A stretch of DNA of 64,000 nucleotides, taken from NCBI GenBank assembly GCA_000146045.2, contig BK006939.2, forward strand, positions 32,001-96,000, given 5' to 3'. This DNA is from TPA_inf: Saccharomyces. Its lineage: Eukaryota. Positions 1-11,251 of this stretch are shown piece after piece (positions within the stretch are counted from its first letter, which is position 1; each line of letters starts with the position of its first letter). The position numbers and the translations under genes were made by a program. The notes below the pieces were generated by a model that was not told the DNA's origin, made no database searches, and saw only the letters and a program-made list of their open reading frames with translations.

Positions 1-1565
<1,565 letters not shown>

Positions 1566-1708
1566 CTATAAGTATAATAGTAACTTATATATTTCTGTTC
1601 CAGATATATACGTAAAAAAAAGAAAAGGATAATTGATGTTTTTGCAAAAAGGGATTCCCTGATTCGGTTTACTCTGTTCGCAACCACTCTTCTTTCTGCT
1701 AATTTGTG

Positions 1709-1752
1709 CTTTATCTCGTATCATTCTCTTATCTACTTATCTTAACCTTATC
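1709..1752 (-). promoter_or_regulatory. Cluster of four GATA motifs (GATAAG/GATAAA on the CAN1 coding strand) 245-290 bp upstream of the CAN1 ATG; candidate UAS-NTR for Gln3/Gat1
   Basis: Plus strand shows TTTATC (1711), CTTATC (1728), CTTATC (1736), CTTATC (1747), all in one orientation. CAN1 is a known nitrogen-catabolite-repression-sensitive gene. Confidence 0.5.
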
Positions 1753-2406
1753 GTCTTCCTCGAAATTTTCATTGATAGAGACAACTGCAAAAAAAGAAAT
1801 TCAAAAAAGCCGTATGACTCACCCGGAAACCACACAGAAACCCTAGATTTCTATAGGGCAAATTTCAGGGTTATACTAAAAGATATATTATTGACCTTGG
1901 TTATTCTTCAAGTTCGCCCTATTGAAAATTCGGACACTTTAGGGTTTGGAATCTGTTAAAGATATAAGTAAATATGATGATAAAGAAATAGGTTTAATTT
2001 ATACGCACTTGCCAGTAAGTGATTGATATTGCAGAAGTAACATGAATACGGTTCTGTGGCCTTTGCTGTTTGCCGTTATTTTATTTCTTTTTTTTGTTTT
2101 TTTTCTTTTTTTCAGCACTATCAAGGCTAATAAGGGACAAGAGTTCTTACTCAGTGTGAACGTGTTCTAAATAAGTTCTTGTTCTAATTAATTGTAACTA
2201 TTTTTATGCATTTCTTGTAAGAGGAACTGGAGTAATCGTATCTCGGAAATACATAGAGGTGCGTATTCATAATGGGCCCTCTATCACTTGTTGCCTGTAT
2301 CTCCGAATAGGACTGATAAGTGATAAAAAAAAAGAAAACTGGGTTAGCTTGAAGCGACTTTCTTTCTCTACTAAAGGGAATGGTCAGATCATCAGGCCAA
2401 CGGCAA

Positions 2407-4254
2407 ATGCTAAGCTATTTCCAAGGGTTTGTGCCCATACACACAATATTTTACTCCGTGTTCCATCCTACAGAAGGTTCTAAGATTAAATACGAGTTTC
2501 CGCCAAATAATTTGAAAAATCATGGTATTAATTTCAACACATTTAAAAACTACATCATACCGAAGCCTATATTATGCCACAAGTTGATCACTTTTAAGTA
2601 TGGTACATATAGGATTGTATGTTATCCTGTGACAATCAATTCTCCAATATATGCTAGGAATTTTTTTAGTTTTAATTTTGTATTTGTATTCCCATATGAT
2701 TGTGAGACGTCTCCCTACGAACCAGCTATTACTAGGCTGGGCAAAATGTTCAAAGTTCTTGAAGAACAAAATCAATTGCTATCCAAATCGGAAAGAGATC
2801 CAGTTTTCTTCGATTTGAAGGTGTTGGAAAACTCCACAACAACACCCTCCACTGCAGGTCCTTCATCCACGCCAAATCCTAGTAGTAACACCACACCAAC
2901 TCATCCTACATCCGAAAAGGATACAAAGGATATGAGAAGCAGCAGATACAGTGACCTTATCAAGGATTTGGGCCTTCCGCAATCCGCATTTTCCATACAA
3001 GATTTATTGATGAGAATTTTCCAAGACCTGAATAACTATTCCGAATGCCTCATACCAATTGATGAGGGAAATGCAGTAGACATAAAGATTTTTCCGCTGT
3101 TGAGACCACCGACAACTTGTGTCTCATTAGAAGATGTGCCCCTGTCGTCTGTAAATTTGAAGAAGATTATTGATGTCAACTGGGATCCAACCATGATGAG
3201 TATAGTCCCTTACATTGATGGCTTAAACAGCATTGCCAAAATTTCTAAACTAAGCAACAGTGATCCTGGCCTAGTGATAGAGTGCATACGTCACTTAATA
3301 TACTATAAGTGTGTTACATTATCAGATATTTTCCAATTTTCTAACATATACGCTCCTTCTTCATTAATTAGGAATTTTTTGACTGATCCACTAATGGCTA
3401 GTGACTGTCAATCTTATGTTACGTTCCCAGAAGTGTCTAAAATATCGAACTTGCCCTTAAACAAAAGTCTGGGTTCAGGTGACCAAGACTCACCATCATT
3501 TTCTGTACGAAGAAAATCCAAATCATCTAGCATACCGTCAAACCCGGATTCTAGAACTACATCTTTTAGTTCTACCAGTAGAGTTTCTCAAAACTCCTCC
3601 TTAAATTCCTCTTTTTCATCAATTTATAAAGACTGGAGGCAATCACAAACCTCCTGCTCGAGTTCAAATATTCATGTCATCAACAATCGTAACCGATTCC
3701 TACCAACAAGATCATGCCTATTTGACCTTTATAGGTCACTTTCACAAGGTCAAACGCTGAAAACATGGTATGAGTCGAAATATATGATTTTAAAAGAAAA
3801 TAACATTGATATAAGAAGGTTCATAACGTTTGGCCTGGAAAAACGTATCATTTACAGGTGCTACTCTTTTCCTGTAATGATAAATGCAGGTTCACGTGAA
3901 CCAAAAGAAATGACACCAATAATAACAAAAGATTTAGTGAATAATGATAAGTTACTTGAAAAAAGAAATCACAATCATTTGCTTTCAGCCACAGGGTCTA
4001 GAAATACGGCACAATCCGGCAACTTGAAACCAGAAAGACCATCAAAGGTTTCATTTGAAATGCAAAGGGTAAGTTCGTTGGCAACAGGCAAAAGTACTAT
4101 GCCGAAACTCAGCGACGAAGAAGAAGGTATTCTTGAAGAGTCTATTAGGAATGCCGAAACATTTGATAAAATTTGCGTTTTACTGAGCAAGCCTAAATTA
4201 GAAGTCGAAAGCTACCTAAACGAATTAGGAGAATTTAAGGTAATTAATAGCTGA
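2407..4254 (+). CDS. NPR2: Nitrogen permease regulator 2, SEACIT/Iml1 complex subunit (615 aa)
   Basis: ORF 2380-4254. Protein MLSYFQGFVPIHTIFYSVFHPTEG... matches Npr2p. SGD length 615 aa corresponds to the second in-frame ATG at 2407. The track ORF starts 9 codons upstream at an ATG. Confidence 0.9.
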   Translation: MLSYFQGFVPIHTIFYSVFHPTEGSKIKYEFPPNNLKNHGINFNTFKNYIIPKPILCHKLITFKYGTYRIVCYPVTINSPIYARNFFSFNFVFVFPYDCETSPYEPAITRLGKMFKVLEEQNQLLSKSERDPVFFDLKVLENSTTTPSTAGPSSTPNPSSNTTPTHPTSEKDTKDMRSSRYSDLIKDLGLPQSAFSIQDLLMRIFQDLNNYSECLIPIDEGNAVDIKIFPLLRPPTTCVSLEDVPLSSVNLKKIIDVNWDPTMMSIVPYIDGLNSIAKISKLSNSDPGLVIECIRHLIYYKCVTLSDIFQFSNIYAPSSLIRNFLTDPLMASDCQSYVTFPEVSKISNLPLNKSLGSGDQDSPSFSVRRKSKSSSIPSNPDSRTTSFSSTSRVSQNSSLNSSFSSIYKDWRQSQTSCSSSNIHVINNRNRFLPTRSCLFDLYRSLSQGQTLKTWYESKYMILKENNIDIRRFITFGLEKRIIYRCYSFPVMINAGSREPKEMTPIITKDLVNNDKLLEKRNHNHLLSATGSRNTAQSGNLKPERPSKVSFEMQRVSSLATGKSTMPKLSDEEEGILEESIRNAETFDKICVLLSKPKLEVESYLNELGEFKVINS

Positions 4255-4534
4255 GTTAAAATTAGAGAAATTCATTGTCCATCAAAATGTTTTTTTTTTT
4301 TTTTAATATTACAACTTATTTCCGTAAATAAAGATAGTACACACGAATCCAAACGTTTATATAGTTAGCTCTGTGAAAATTTGATTTAGGTTCATCTCTT
4401 GGTGTGTTTGGTAGAGGTGGTTTCACACCCTTCTCTTCTGTCTTGCCTTCTAATGAATAACTGAGTATTCTTTACATACTTTGTTTTTATTAACCACTAG
4501 TTTGAATATATATTCGACTGAAAGGCAATATCAA

Positions 4535-7500
4535 CTATTCAATCTTTAACATTTTTCTCGAGCCCTCATTGTCCACATTTTCACTGGATTTGTTTTCATC
4601 TTCAATTGCATGCTTTTTGGGCGATATTACACTTTGCACTGAATTGCTATTTATGTTTGATAACCTTAACGGCATTTTCTTACTTAGATTTGGTATTTCC
4701 TTCAATATGTTCTCGATCATTTCGTCTTTGGTAGCGTTTTCCTTGTTACCATAGTTTTTCATTATGTTTTCAATCGTATTATAGATATCATCCACATTAG
4801 TTATATGAGAGTGTGTTGATGTTATCGAATTTTTAATGTTATCTTTCAACATGTTATGCTTGTTAATAAGCTGCTCAAATTGATCATTAAATTTGGTATT
4901 GTTCTTCAAAAGGGATATAGCGTTCTCCGATTCTTCCACTTGTCCTTTCATGACTGAAATAGACTCATTCATCGAATTTGATGATGTATCAACAGTACTC
5001 TTGATTTGCGATAGCGTCGCTGCCATGCTATTATAGAATTCGTTATTCATGGAGTCACAATCATTTATCAGATCAAATGAATTTTCCCATTTAACGCGCT
5101 TGGGTTCAAACAGATCCATTTCTTGATCAATAACCGCGCTGGTTGCAGTTGTCAGATTCTGCATTATTAGTTTTTTATTTTCGTCAAGGTGGTCATTTAG
5201 GACCTTTTTAAAGTTCTCAACAAACTCGTTTGTTCTCTTCTCAATATTTTCATAAGTAGAATCCACATGACGATTCAGTAATTCTTGATGGTTATTCTTG
5301 AAAAAATGGTTTTTTAAGTACTGTTTCATGTTGTTATTTTCTTCGCTAATATCAGAAAGATTCTCGGCTATATTTTTATAAAATTTTTGGAAATCTACTC
5401 TTATTATGTCGATTTTCTCAATAACAACATTGAAGAATTTAGGAGATTCGTTTAAAATTTTCTTCACACAGTCTTTGTACATTAGTTCAGCTTTTTCTTG
5501 CATGGTTCTCATAAGAGTCAGTACTTCATTTTTGATCATATCAAGATTTGGTTGGATATTAGTCTCTTGAAGAATACTTTCCTGTTGCATAGTGTTTAAT
5601 TGTAAAAACAGTGTAGATTTCAATTTTTTAATTTCTTTAGTAATATGCATTTCAAACTTTTGATTAAGGTCAAGTTCTCTTTTTTTGTAATCATGTAGGG
5701 CCATTTGCATTACCTCAGTCAACTTCTGTAGTTTGTTATTAAAATCGGATATTTCAATTTCAGTTTTATGCTGTTTATCTAGTTGTGCCCTTAAATGATC
5801 TATGGTAGTTTTCAATGATTCTATTTGGCAATTTTGAGATTGAATAGTTTCTTTTGACTTCAATTTATCTTTTACTAGCAATGCATTTTTCGATGTCAAA
5901 CTTTCAATTTCTCTTTTACATTCTTGAACTTCATTTTTATAACTTTCTAAATCACTGTTCAAATTTTTGTAGTGATCTTGGCTCATATATATTCCTTCTT
6001 TGGACTTTGTAGAGAGTAAATCGGATTTAATCTTTGCTAATTCCATAGTTATATTTTTAACCAAAATATCCTTCATTATAAATGAACCCAGTTGCGGCTT
6101 GTTCTTAATGTTTTTAGCCTTCGAAGCATACTCTAATGTACTGCAGGTTTCTTCAGAAGTTACCTTTGCAGGCGATATAGTAGCAATTAGTGCGGTTTTC
6201 GTATTACCACCCAGGGAATCTTGAAGCAGGCGGGTCAATTTCGATTCACGGAAAGGTATATGGCCGCTTTTATCTACGAGTGCGTTTATGACCCTGCCCA
6301 GCGTCAATAGACTTTGGTTGATTGAACCAGCTTCTTTGGCACGTTGATTTAATGCTCCGGATCTGTTGATGTTTTCTGAACCAGCTAAATCCACAAGATT
6401 CATTTTGGAAATTCTAAATAGTTCATCCTGATGCTTCTTATACAAAGTGATTGTAAAAATGGTATGAGATCTACTGGAAAAATCGTTCATTTTAGTGGAC
6501 GCTACTTGCCTATGCTTTAAGCCTTTTTGTAATAGGTTTAGCCCCTCCATAGCATTTGTTATGTGAAATTCTTGCAAATTCTGGATGTATATACCATTAG
6601 TTTGGTCATTTGGAGCCATCGAACTTCTTTGACCGTTATTTGTGTTGGTGTTACTAGAAGCATTATTAGTGGTAGAGCCAGAGTTAGAGGAAGAGTTGTT
6701 CCTGGAATTCACTGCCTGTTGTTGTTGATACTGTTGCTTGATGGTATTCGGCAGTGATTTTGTCCTTAACCTTTTTCTTAATAGAGCAGCTTTAGGTGTT
6801 AGATCATTTAATGACCTCGGAGAACTGTTCCTAGAATTACTCCTGGAACTACTAGCACTGTTGCTAGTGGTATTATTTGCTGTGCTTGAATCAAAAATCC
6901 TCAATTTTTTCATAAATTGGCCGTCAAAGCCAGTATTACTAGAGCCGTTGCTATTGCTGTCCAAGAGGTCCTTCAATTCTTCGTTGTAGAGTTCAATGAA
7001 CGAACATTTTACTACGTAATCGTTCTGTTGTAGTTCCAATGTGTCAAACAACTTCAAAAGAACCCTCGGTATAATTCCTGCTGCATCGCTCAATTCACCA
7101 TTATATAACTTTTCGTCGCCCGTCATTGTATATGTTTTACCTGTTGACGTCATACCATATACCAGTACGGTGCAATTGTAACCTTTAATGAAATCCTGGA
7201 ATAATGGGCCCGCCACTTCATCAAAAATTAGATCCTGGGAAGCGCCGGGACCGAAGACTTTGTCCACTGTGTATCTCTTGGCATTCATTTGAGCAGTTAT
7301 ACCGGTATCTCCCGTCGTGTTAATGGAAATTTCTTTAGAACCTGTAATATCTGGAACATTTACCACAACGGAGCTTTTCATACTAATTTCCCTTTCATTC
7401 CTTCCTCTGCATCGCACAGCTACAGTGATGTTCAGTTCCTCATTAGGAACAGTGTGACATCCAACCTGAGAGTTGCCATTTTTACTGATGCTGTTGGAGC

Positions 7501-7537
7501 TTCTATCTTGACCCGTATTTTGGTTTTCCGCTGGCAT
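4535..7537 (-). CDS. CIN8: Kinesin-5 motor protein (1000 aa)
   Basis: Kinesin motor domain (GKTYTMTG, SSRSH, LAGSE motifs). The sequence from MPAENQNTGQDRSS... gives 1000 aa, matching the current Cin8p annotation. The track ORF starts at a GTG at 7684. An in-frame ATG at 7651 would give the older 1038-aa form. Confidence 0.93.
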   Translation of the reverse strand: MPAENQNTGQDRSSNSISKNGNSQVGCHTVPNEELNITVAVRCRGRNEREISMKSSVVVNVPDITGSKEISINTTGDTGITAQMNAKRYTVDKVFGPGASQDLIFDEVAGPLFQDFIKGYNCTVLVYGMTSTGKTYTMTGDEKLYNGELSDAAGIIPRVLLKLFDTLELQQNDYVVKCSFIELYNEELKDLLDSNSNGSSNTGFDGQFMKKLRIFDSSTANNTTSNSASSSRSNSRNSSPRSLNDLTPKAALLRKRLRTKSLPNTIKQQYQQQQAVNSRNNSSSNSGSTTNNASSNTNTNNGQRSSMAPNDQTNGIYIQNLQEFHITNAMEGLNLLQKGLKHRQVASTKMNDFSSRSHTIFTITLYKKHQDELFRISKMNLVDLAGSENINRSGALNQRAKEAGSINQSLLTLGRVINALVDKSGHIPFRESKLTRLLQDSLGGNTKTALIATISPAKVTSEETCSTLEYASKAKNIKNKPQLGSFIMKDILVKNITMELAKIKSDLLSTKSKEGIYMSQDHYKNLNSDLESYKNEVQECKREIESLTSKNALLVKDKLKSKETIQSQNCQIESLKTTIDHLRAQLDKQHKTEIEISDFNNKLQKLTEVMQMALHDYKKRELDLNQKFEMHITKEIKKLKSTLFLQLNTMQQESILQETNIQPNLDMIKNEVLTLMRTMQEKAELMYKDCVKKILNESPKFFNVVIEKIDIIRVDFQKFYKNIAENLSDISEENNNMKQYLKNHFFKNNHQELLNRHVDSTYENIEKRTNEFVENFKKVLNDHLDENKKLIMQNLTTATSAVIDQEMDLFEPKRVKWENSFDLINDCDSMNNEFYNSMAATLSQIKSTVDTSSNSMNESISVMKGQVEESENAISLLKNNTKFNDQFEQLINKHNMLKDNIKNSITSTHSHITNVDDIYNTIENIMKNYGNKENATKDEMIENILKEIPNLSKKMPLRLSNINSNSVQSVISPKKHAIEDENKSSENVDNEGSRKMLKIE

Positions 7538-8045
7538 CAAACAAATTCTTTCTTGTTGTATTTTTTGCGCTTTTATATACTTTTTATTACTTTTTCCTTT
7601 GAATTGCTTGCTTCTGTATCTATACTCAACGTTACTTTCTGGCCATACCATAAGTTCTACACCCGCTGTTGAGAAGCGGGTCACAAAGGAAGTCTTTAGA
7701 TGATGTTATTGTTGCGGCCTTGTTTGTTTGTTTTGTTTATTTCGCGTACCTAATACATCGTCACCACACACGAAAACGAAAACATTTGATCAGATAAGTG
7801 ATCTGCAAATAAGATATAATAAAAGTAACAGTTATTTATTTAATTAAAAACGCAAATATGTAGTAATACGTGGGACATATAAATTTCATGAATTAAAAAA
7901 AAAAAATGAAATTCAGATTGAAAATAATGGGGATATAAAAAAAGTGGACAAACGATAGTGAAGAGGGACTCCGACTTGTAACCTCGAGACGCCTAAGGAA
8001 AGAAAAAGAAAAAAAAAAGCAGCTGAAATTTTTCTAAATGAAGAA

Positions 8046-9953
8046 TTAAATAATATTCAATTTATCAAGAATATCTCTCACTTGATCAAAGATTAAATCG
8101 GTCTTTGATCCAATGAATTCATCCATGTTCAATTCTTGCTTGAAACCAGATGAATGGGACTTTTTGGTATCATTCCAGAAAGCGGACAAATCTTGACCAC
8201 CACCGTTGTAGATTAAAACATTTGGAGTGTCTTCAGGGATATCGAACAAAATGTCCTTTGTACTGTAATGAATTAGCTTCTTTTTCAATTGCTGAGGAGT
8301 CAAAGAATCCTGGCCCAATTCGAAAAATTCACTATCAGAACCTGGTTGCAAAGACAAAAAGTAGGTCAACAAACCAGCAACGTGAGGGGAAGCCATTGAG
8401 GTACCCGATAAAGTGGCGGTGGCGTCATCACTTCCAATGTAGGTGGACAAAATGTTTAAACCTGGGGCGAAAACGTCGACACACTTACCCCAGTTGGAAA
8501 AGTAGGCTCTGTCATCGCTCAACGTGGAAGCTCCGACGGTGATGGCCTTGTCAGCAGAAGCTGGGGAGGTATTACAAGCGTCTTGGTTTTCGTTACCAGC
8601 AGCCACGGCAAAGTGAATACCGACTTCAACGGCTGCATTAACAGCCAAGTCCAAAGCTGGGGACTTGCCACCACCAAGCGACATATTGGCTGTGGAACCT
8701 TTGAACCCCTTTTTCTTTTCTTGGGCTTCTTTTTGGTGCGCCTTTGCGGCATATTCGACACCTTTGACGACATCAGACATGGTACCAGACCCGTTTGATC
8801 TCAAGACTTTCACCGCAACAACGTTGGCATTTTTAGCGACACCGTAGTGTTTGGAAGCGATAGTACCGGCACAGTGGGTACCGTGGCCGTTACCGTCGAG
8901 ATCTTCGTCGTTAAGTGGGATGGTTTTCCCCCAAATGGCTCTCTTTTCGAAGTCCTTGTGGTTGATGTTGACACCCGTGTCAATAACATAGGACGTGACA
9001 CCGCGACCGGCATCATCATCGTAGAGATACTTGTTGAAGGACCCCAGGTTGAGGCGCTCTCTGTGGGAAATACGGGCCAACCCCCATGGGGCGCTATTTT
9101 GAGTGTCAAATTCTGTAGCCTCGACAATAGAGTCTCTCTCAACAAAGTCTACTAATGGGTTTTGACGTATCAAGTCGACAATCTCTTGGGTGAAGTAACC
9201 GATGTAACCGGAGAAAAGATTATCGATGTTGAATGAGTCCTGGATACCGCCAGCCTCAGAGGTGGACAAGGAGGTGTCTTTAGTAGAAATGAAGAAAGCG
9301 TCTTCGGCAGATAAGTTCTCTACGGATTGAAGTTGTGCCTGCTGGACGTTTTCCTTGTGGAAATCGATCTCTTCTTGAGGGGCACCTCTCTTGAAGACTA
9401 TAATGTAGCGGTTGGGGATGATCTTGGAGATCGCGTCTGGGTTGAATTGTGCAGTGGACACGAGAGGAGCCAGCCTGTTGTGGTGCCTCCCTTTCTCCAA
9501 CGTCTTTTCGTGGTGCTTCTTGCCCTTGACTTTCTTACCTTTCATCTTCTTCTCCTCCACCTTATTTTCGTGGCAGCCACCCTTATGGTGAGGCTTCTTC
9601 TTCTTATCATCATTATCATCATCATTGGAACTTTCATGCTTAGGCTTCATGCCCTTTCCTCCCTCGTGGGCGCTCCCATGAGAGCCACTTGCACGTTTAC
9701 CGTTGAATTCCGGAGACTCCTTGTCTTGGCCCTTGCGGCCCTTCTTATGGAACTTTCCATGTTCTTTATCTTCAGAGTCAGATGGCTCCTCATCATCGTC
9801 CTTAGTGAATTCCACTTTTCTGGGTCTCTCGTGGTGATCTTCCTTGTTAATCAGTTCGTGGTGGTCGGCGGCATTTTCAAGATTTGGGATGACCAAAGCA
9901 GCAGAGATGCTCCCTAGGGCACCGAGTGTAAATAGAGTATTTTCTAACTTCAT
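8046..9953 (-). CDS. PRB1: Vacuolar proteinase B, subtilisin-family serine protease (635 aa)
   Basis: MKLENTLFTLGALGSISAALVIPNLENAADHH... Subtilase catalytic motifs (DTGV, HGTHCAG, GTSMASPHVAG). Length 635 aa as remembered for Prb1p. Confidence 0.96.
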   Translation of the reverse strand: MKLENTLFTLGALGSISAALVIPNLENAADHHELINKEDHHERPRKVEFTKDDDEEPSDSEDKEHGKFHKKGRKGQDKESPEFNGKRASGSHGSAHEGGKGMKPKHESSNDDDNDDKKKKPHHKGGCHENKVEEKKMKGKKVKGKKHHEKTLEKGRHHNRLAPLVSTAQFNPDAISKIIPNRYIIVFKRGAPQEEIDFHKENVQQAQLQSVENLSAEDAFFISTKDTSLSTSEAGGIQDSFNIDNLFSGYIGYFTQEIVDLIRQNPLVDFVERDSIVEATEFDTQNSAPWGLARISHRERLNLGSFNKYLYDDDAGRGVTSYVIDTGVNINHKDFEKRAIWGKTIPLNDEDLDGNGHGTHCAGTIASKHYGVAKNANVVAVKVLRSNGSGTMSDVVKGVEYAAKAHQKEAQEKKKGFKGSTANMSLGGGKSPALDLAVNAAVEVGIHFAVAAGNENQDACNTSPASADKAITVGASTLSDDRAYFSNWGKCVDVFAPGLNILSTYIGSDDATATLSGTSMASPHVAGLLTYFLSLQPGSDSEFFELGQDSLTPQQLKKKLIHYSTKDILFDIPEDTPNVLIYNGGGQDLSAFWNDTKKSHSSGFKQELNMDEFIGSKTDLIFDQVRDILDKLNII

Positions 9954-10399
9954 CTTTGCTTGTTAGAATTAGGTTTAGTTTGTTTTTTTATTGGCGATGA
10001 AGCTAATTGGACTCTTAAGTTTGTATGGGAAGAACTCCAATATAACGGGACGTAACATTGGCCCCCTTTTATATTCATCGCGCTCTTTATCGCGGGTGTG
10101 TTTGCCCCCGCCACTCCCGCAGTCCTGGCGTGATAAGCCACTGCAGTGGCATTACTGAGCCCAAATTTTGCTTTTTCAACAAGTCACCTAAATTTCCAAA
10201 GCCGAAAGCCCTGCTACTCTGCTAACCCGGAGCGTTTAAAGTCCACGGACATTTCCCAGCCCTCGTTTTTTCTCCTCCCGGGACCCCGGGCATAAGTGCA
10301 TAGTAGGCACAGACCTGATCTGTCGGGTGCAGTTTAAAAAAGTCTTGGCAAAATTTTTTATTTATCACACTACTGTGCTATATAGAGTATATGTAATTT

Positions 10400-10624
10400 T
10401 TAACTATTGGTATATGTGTCCGTGACCTCGTAGTTAGTGGCTGATTTGTCGGGTGCAATGCAGTGTTCAAAAAGCCTCTTAAAAGGCGAGCAGACGTATT
10501 CGGCTCCTTTGAATTGGCACTCCCATTGCACAAGCTCTTTCAGCCGGCAGTTGGTTTGTGAGTCAAGCGTTGCTAACGGTGCGAGCGCTTGGTCCCTAGT
10601 GCGGATGGTGGTTGGAGGCGCCAT
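10400..10624 (-). CDS. SOM1: Mitochondrial inner membrane peptidase complex subunit (74 aa)
   Basis: 74-aa ORF MAPPTTIRTRDQALAPLATLDSQTNCRLKELVQWECQFKG... Position between PRB1 and PCM1 and the length match YEL059C-A as I remember it. Confidence 0.75.
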   Translation of the reverse strand: MAPPTTIRTRDQALAPLATLDSQTNCRLKELVQWECQFKGAEYVCSPFKRLFEHCIAPDKSATNYEVTDTYTNS

Positions 10625-10651
10625 GAGGGTTGATTGTCTTATCTGCGATAG

Positions 10652-10960
10652 ATGAGTCTTTCTTTCCTTCTCTTTTCCCCTTTTCTCCCCCCCTGTTTCT
10701 CGTCCATCTCTATCTGTCTATCTGTCTTATCTACTGTTAGTTTTTTTTTCGCTTTCACGATACCGCATTACGTACTGCGCTGCGGAAGTGTGGATGAGTG
10801 GCATATACACTCTTCTGCAGAGGATTTTCGTACACAACGGTGTGTGTGTGCTGTGAAGCTGTCTGCTTCCTTACTTGGCTGTTTGCTTGCTTGTGCGTCA
10901 TGGTCACTTTTGTTAGAAGTGAGCCGCATAAAATGGCATGTCGGCACAGCCTACAGTTAA
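10652..10960 (+). CDS. HHY1: Dubious 102-aa ORF (YEL059W/HHY1 in SGD); low-complexity hydrophobic product, probably not a real protein
   Basis: ATG at 10652, 102 codons. Lies in the PRB1/SOM1-PCM1 intergenic region. Cys/Ser/Leu-rich with no recognisable domain. Confidence 0.15.
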   Translation: MSLSFLLFSPFLPPCFSSISICLSVLSTVSFFFAFTIPHYVLRCGSVDEWHIHSSAEDFRTQRCVCAVKLSASLLGCLLACASWSLLLEVSRIKWHVGTAYS

Positions 10961-11251
10961 AAATTAAGCATATCTGACTGTTTATCTGTTTATCTGTTTA
11001 TACACGGTGAACTGTCACGAGAACCCTTACTTGCACGATTAGCAGATTGTTCAGAGAGCCTCGCTCGTTGAAGTTCTTCTATATGCCAGCGTGTTTCATG
11101 TAGCAGGAAACGTTGCTCTATTTATATCTTTTCTGACATTTTGCGTCGTCGGGAAAAAAAAGATTAAGTAAGAACAAAAAACCGTTAATGGTTTCAGCAA
11201 TCGAGACAAGTACAAGGACCAAGGCAAAGGTCAGCAGTAAGCTTAGAGACG

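Noticed and set aside
8150-9917. Multiple 60-196-aa ORFs inside and antisense to PRB1 (for example 8150-8542, 8810-9145, 9327-9917)
   Set aside because: They overlap a well-supported long ORF on the other strand or frame. Low-complexity products, several with non-ATG starts. Typical antisense noise.
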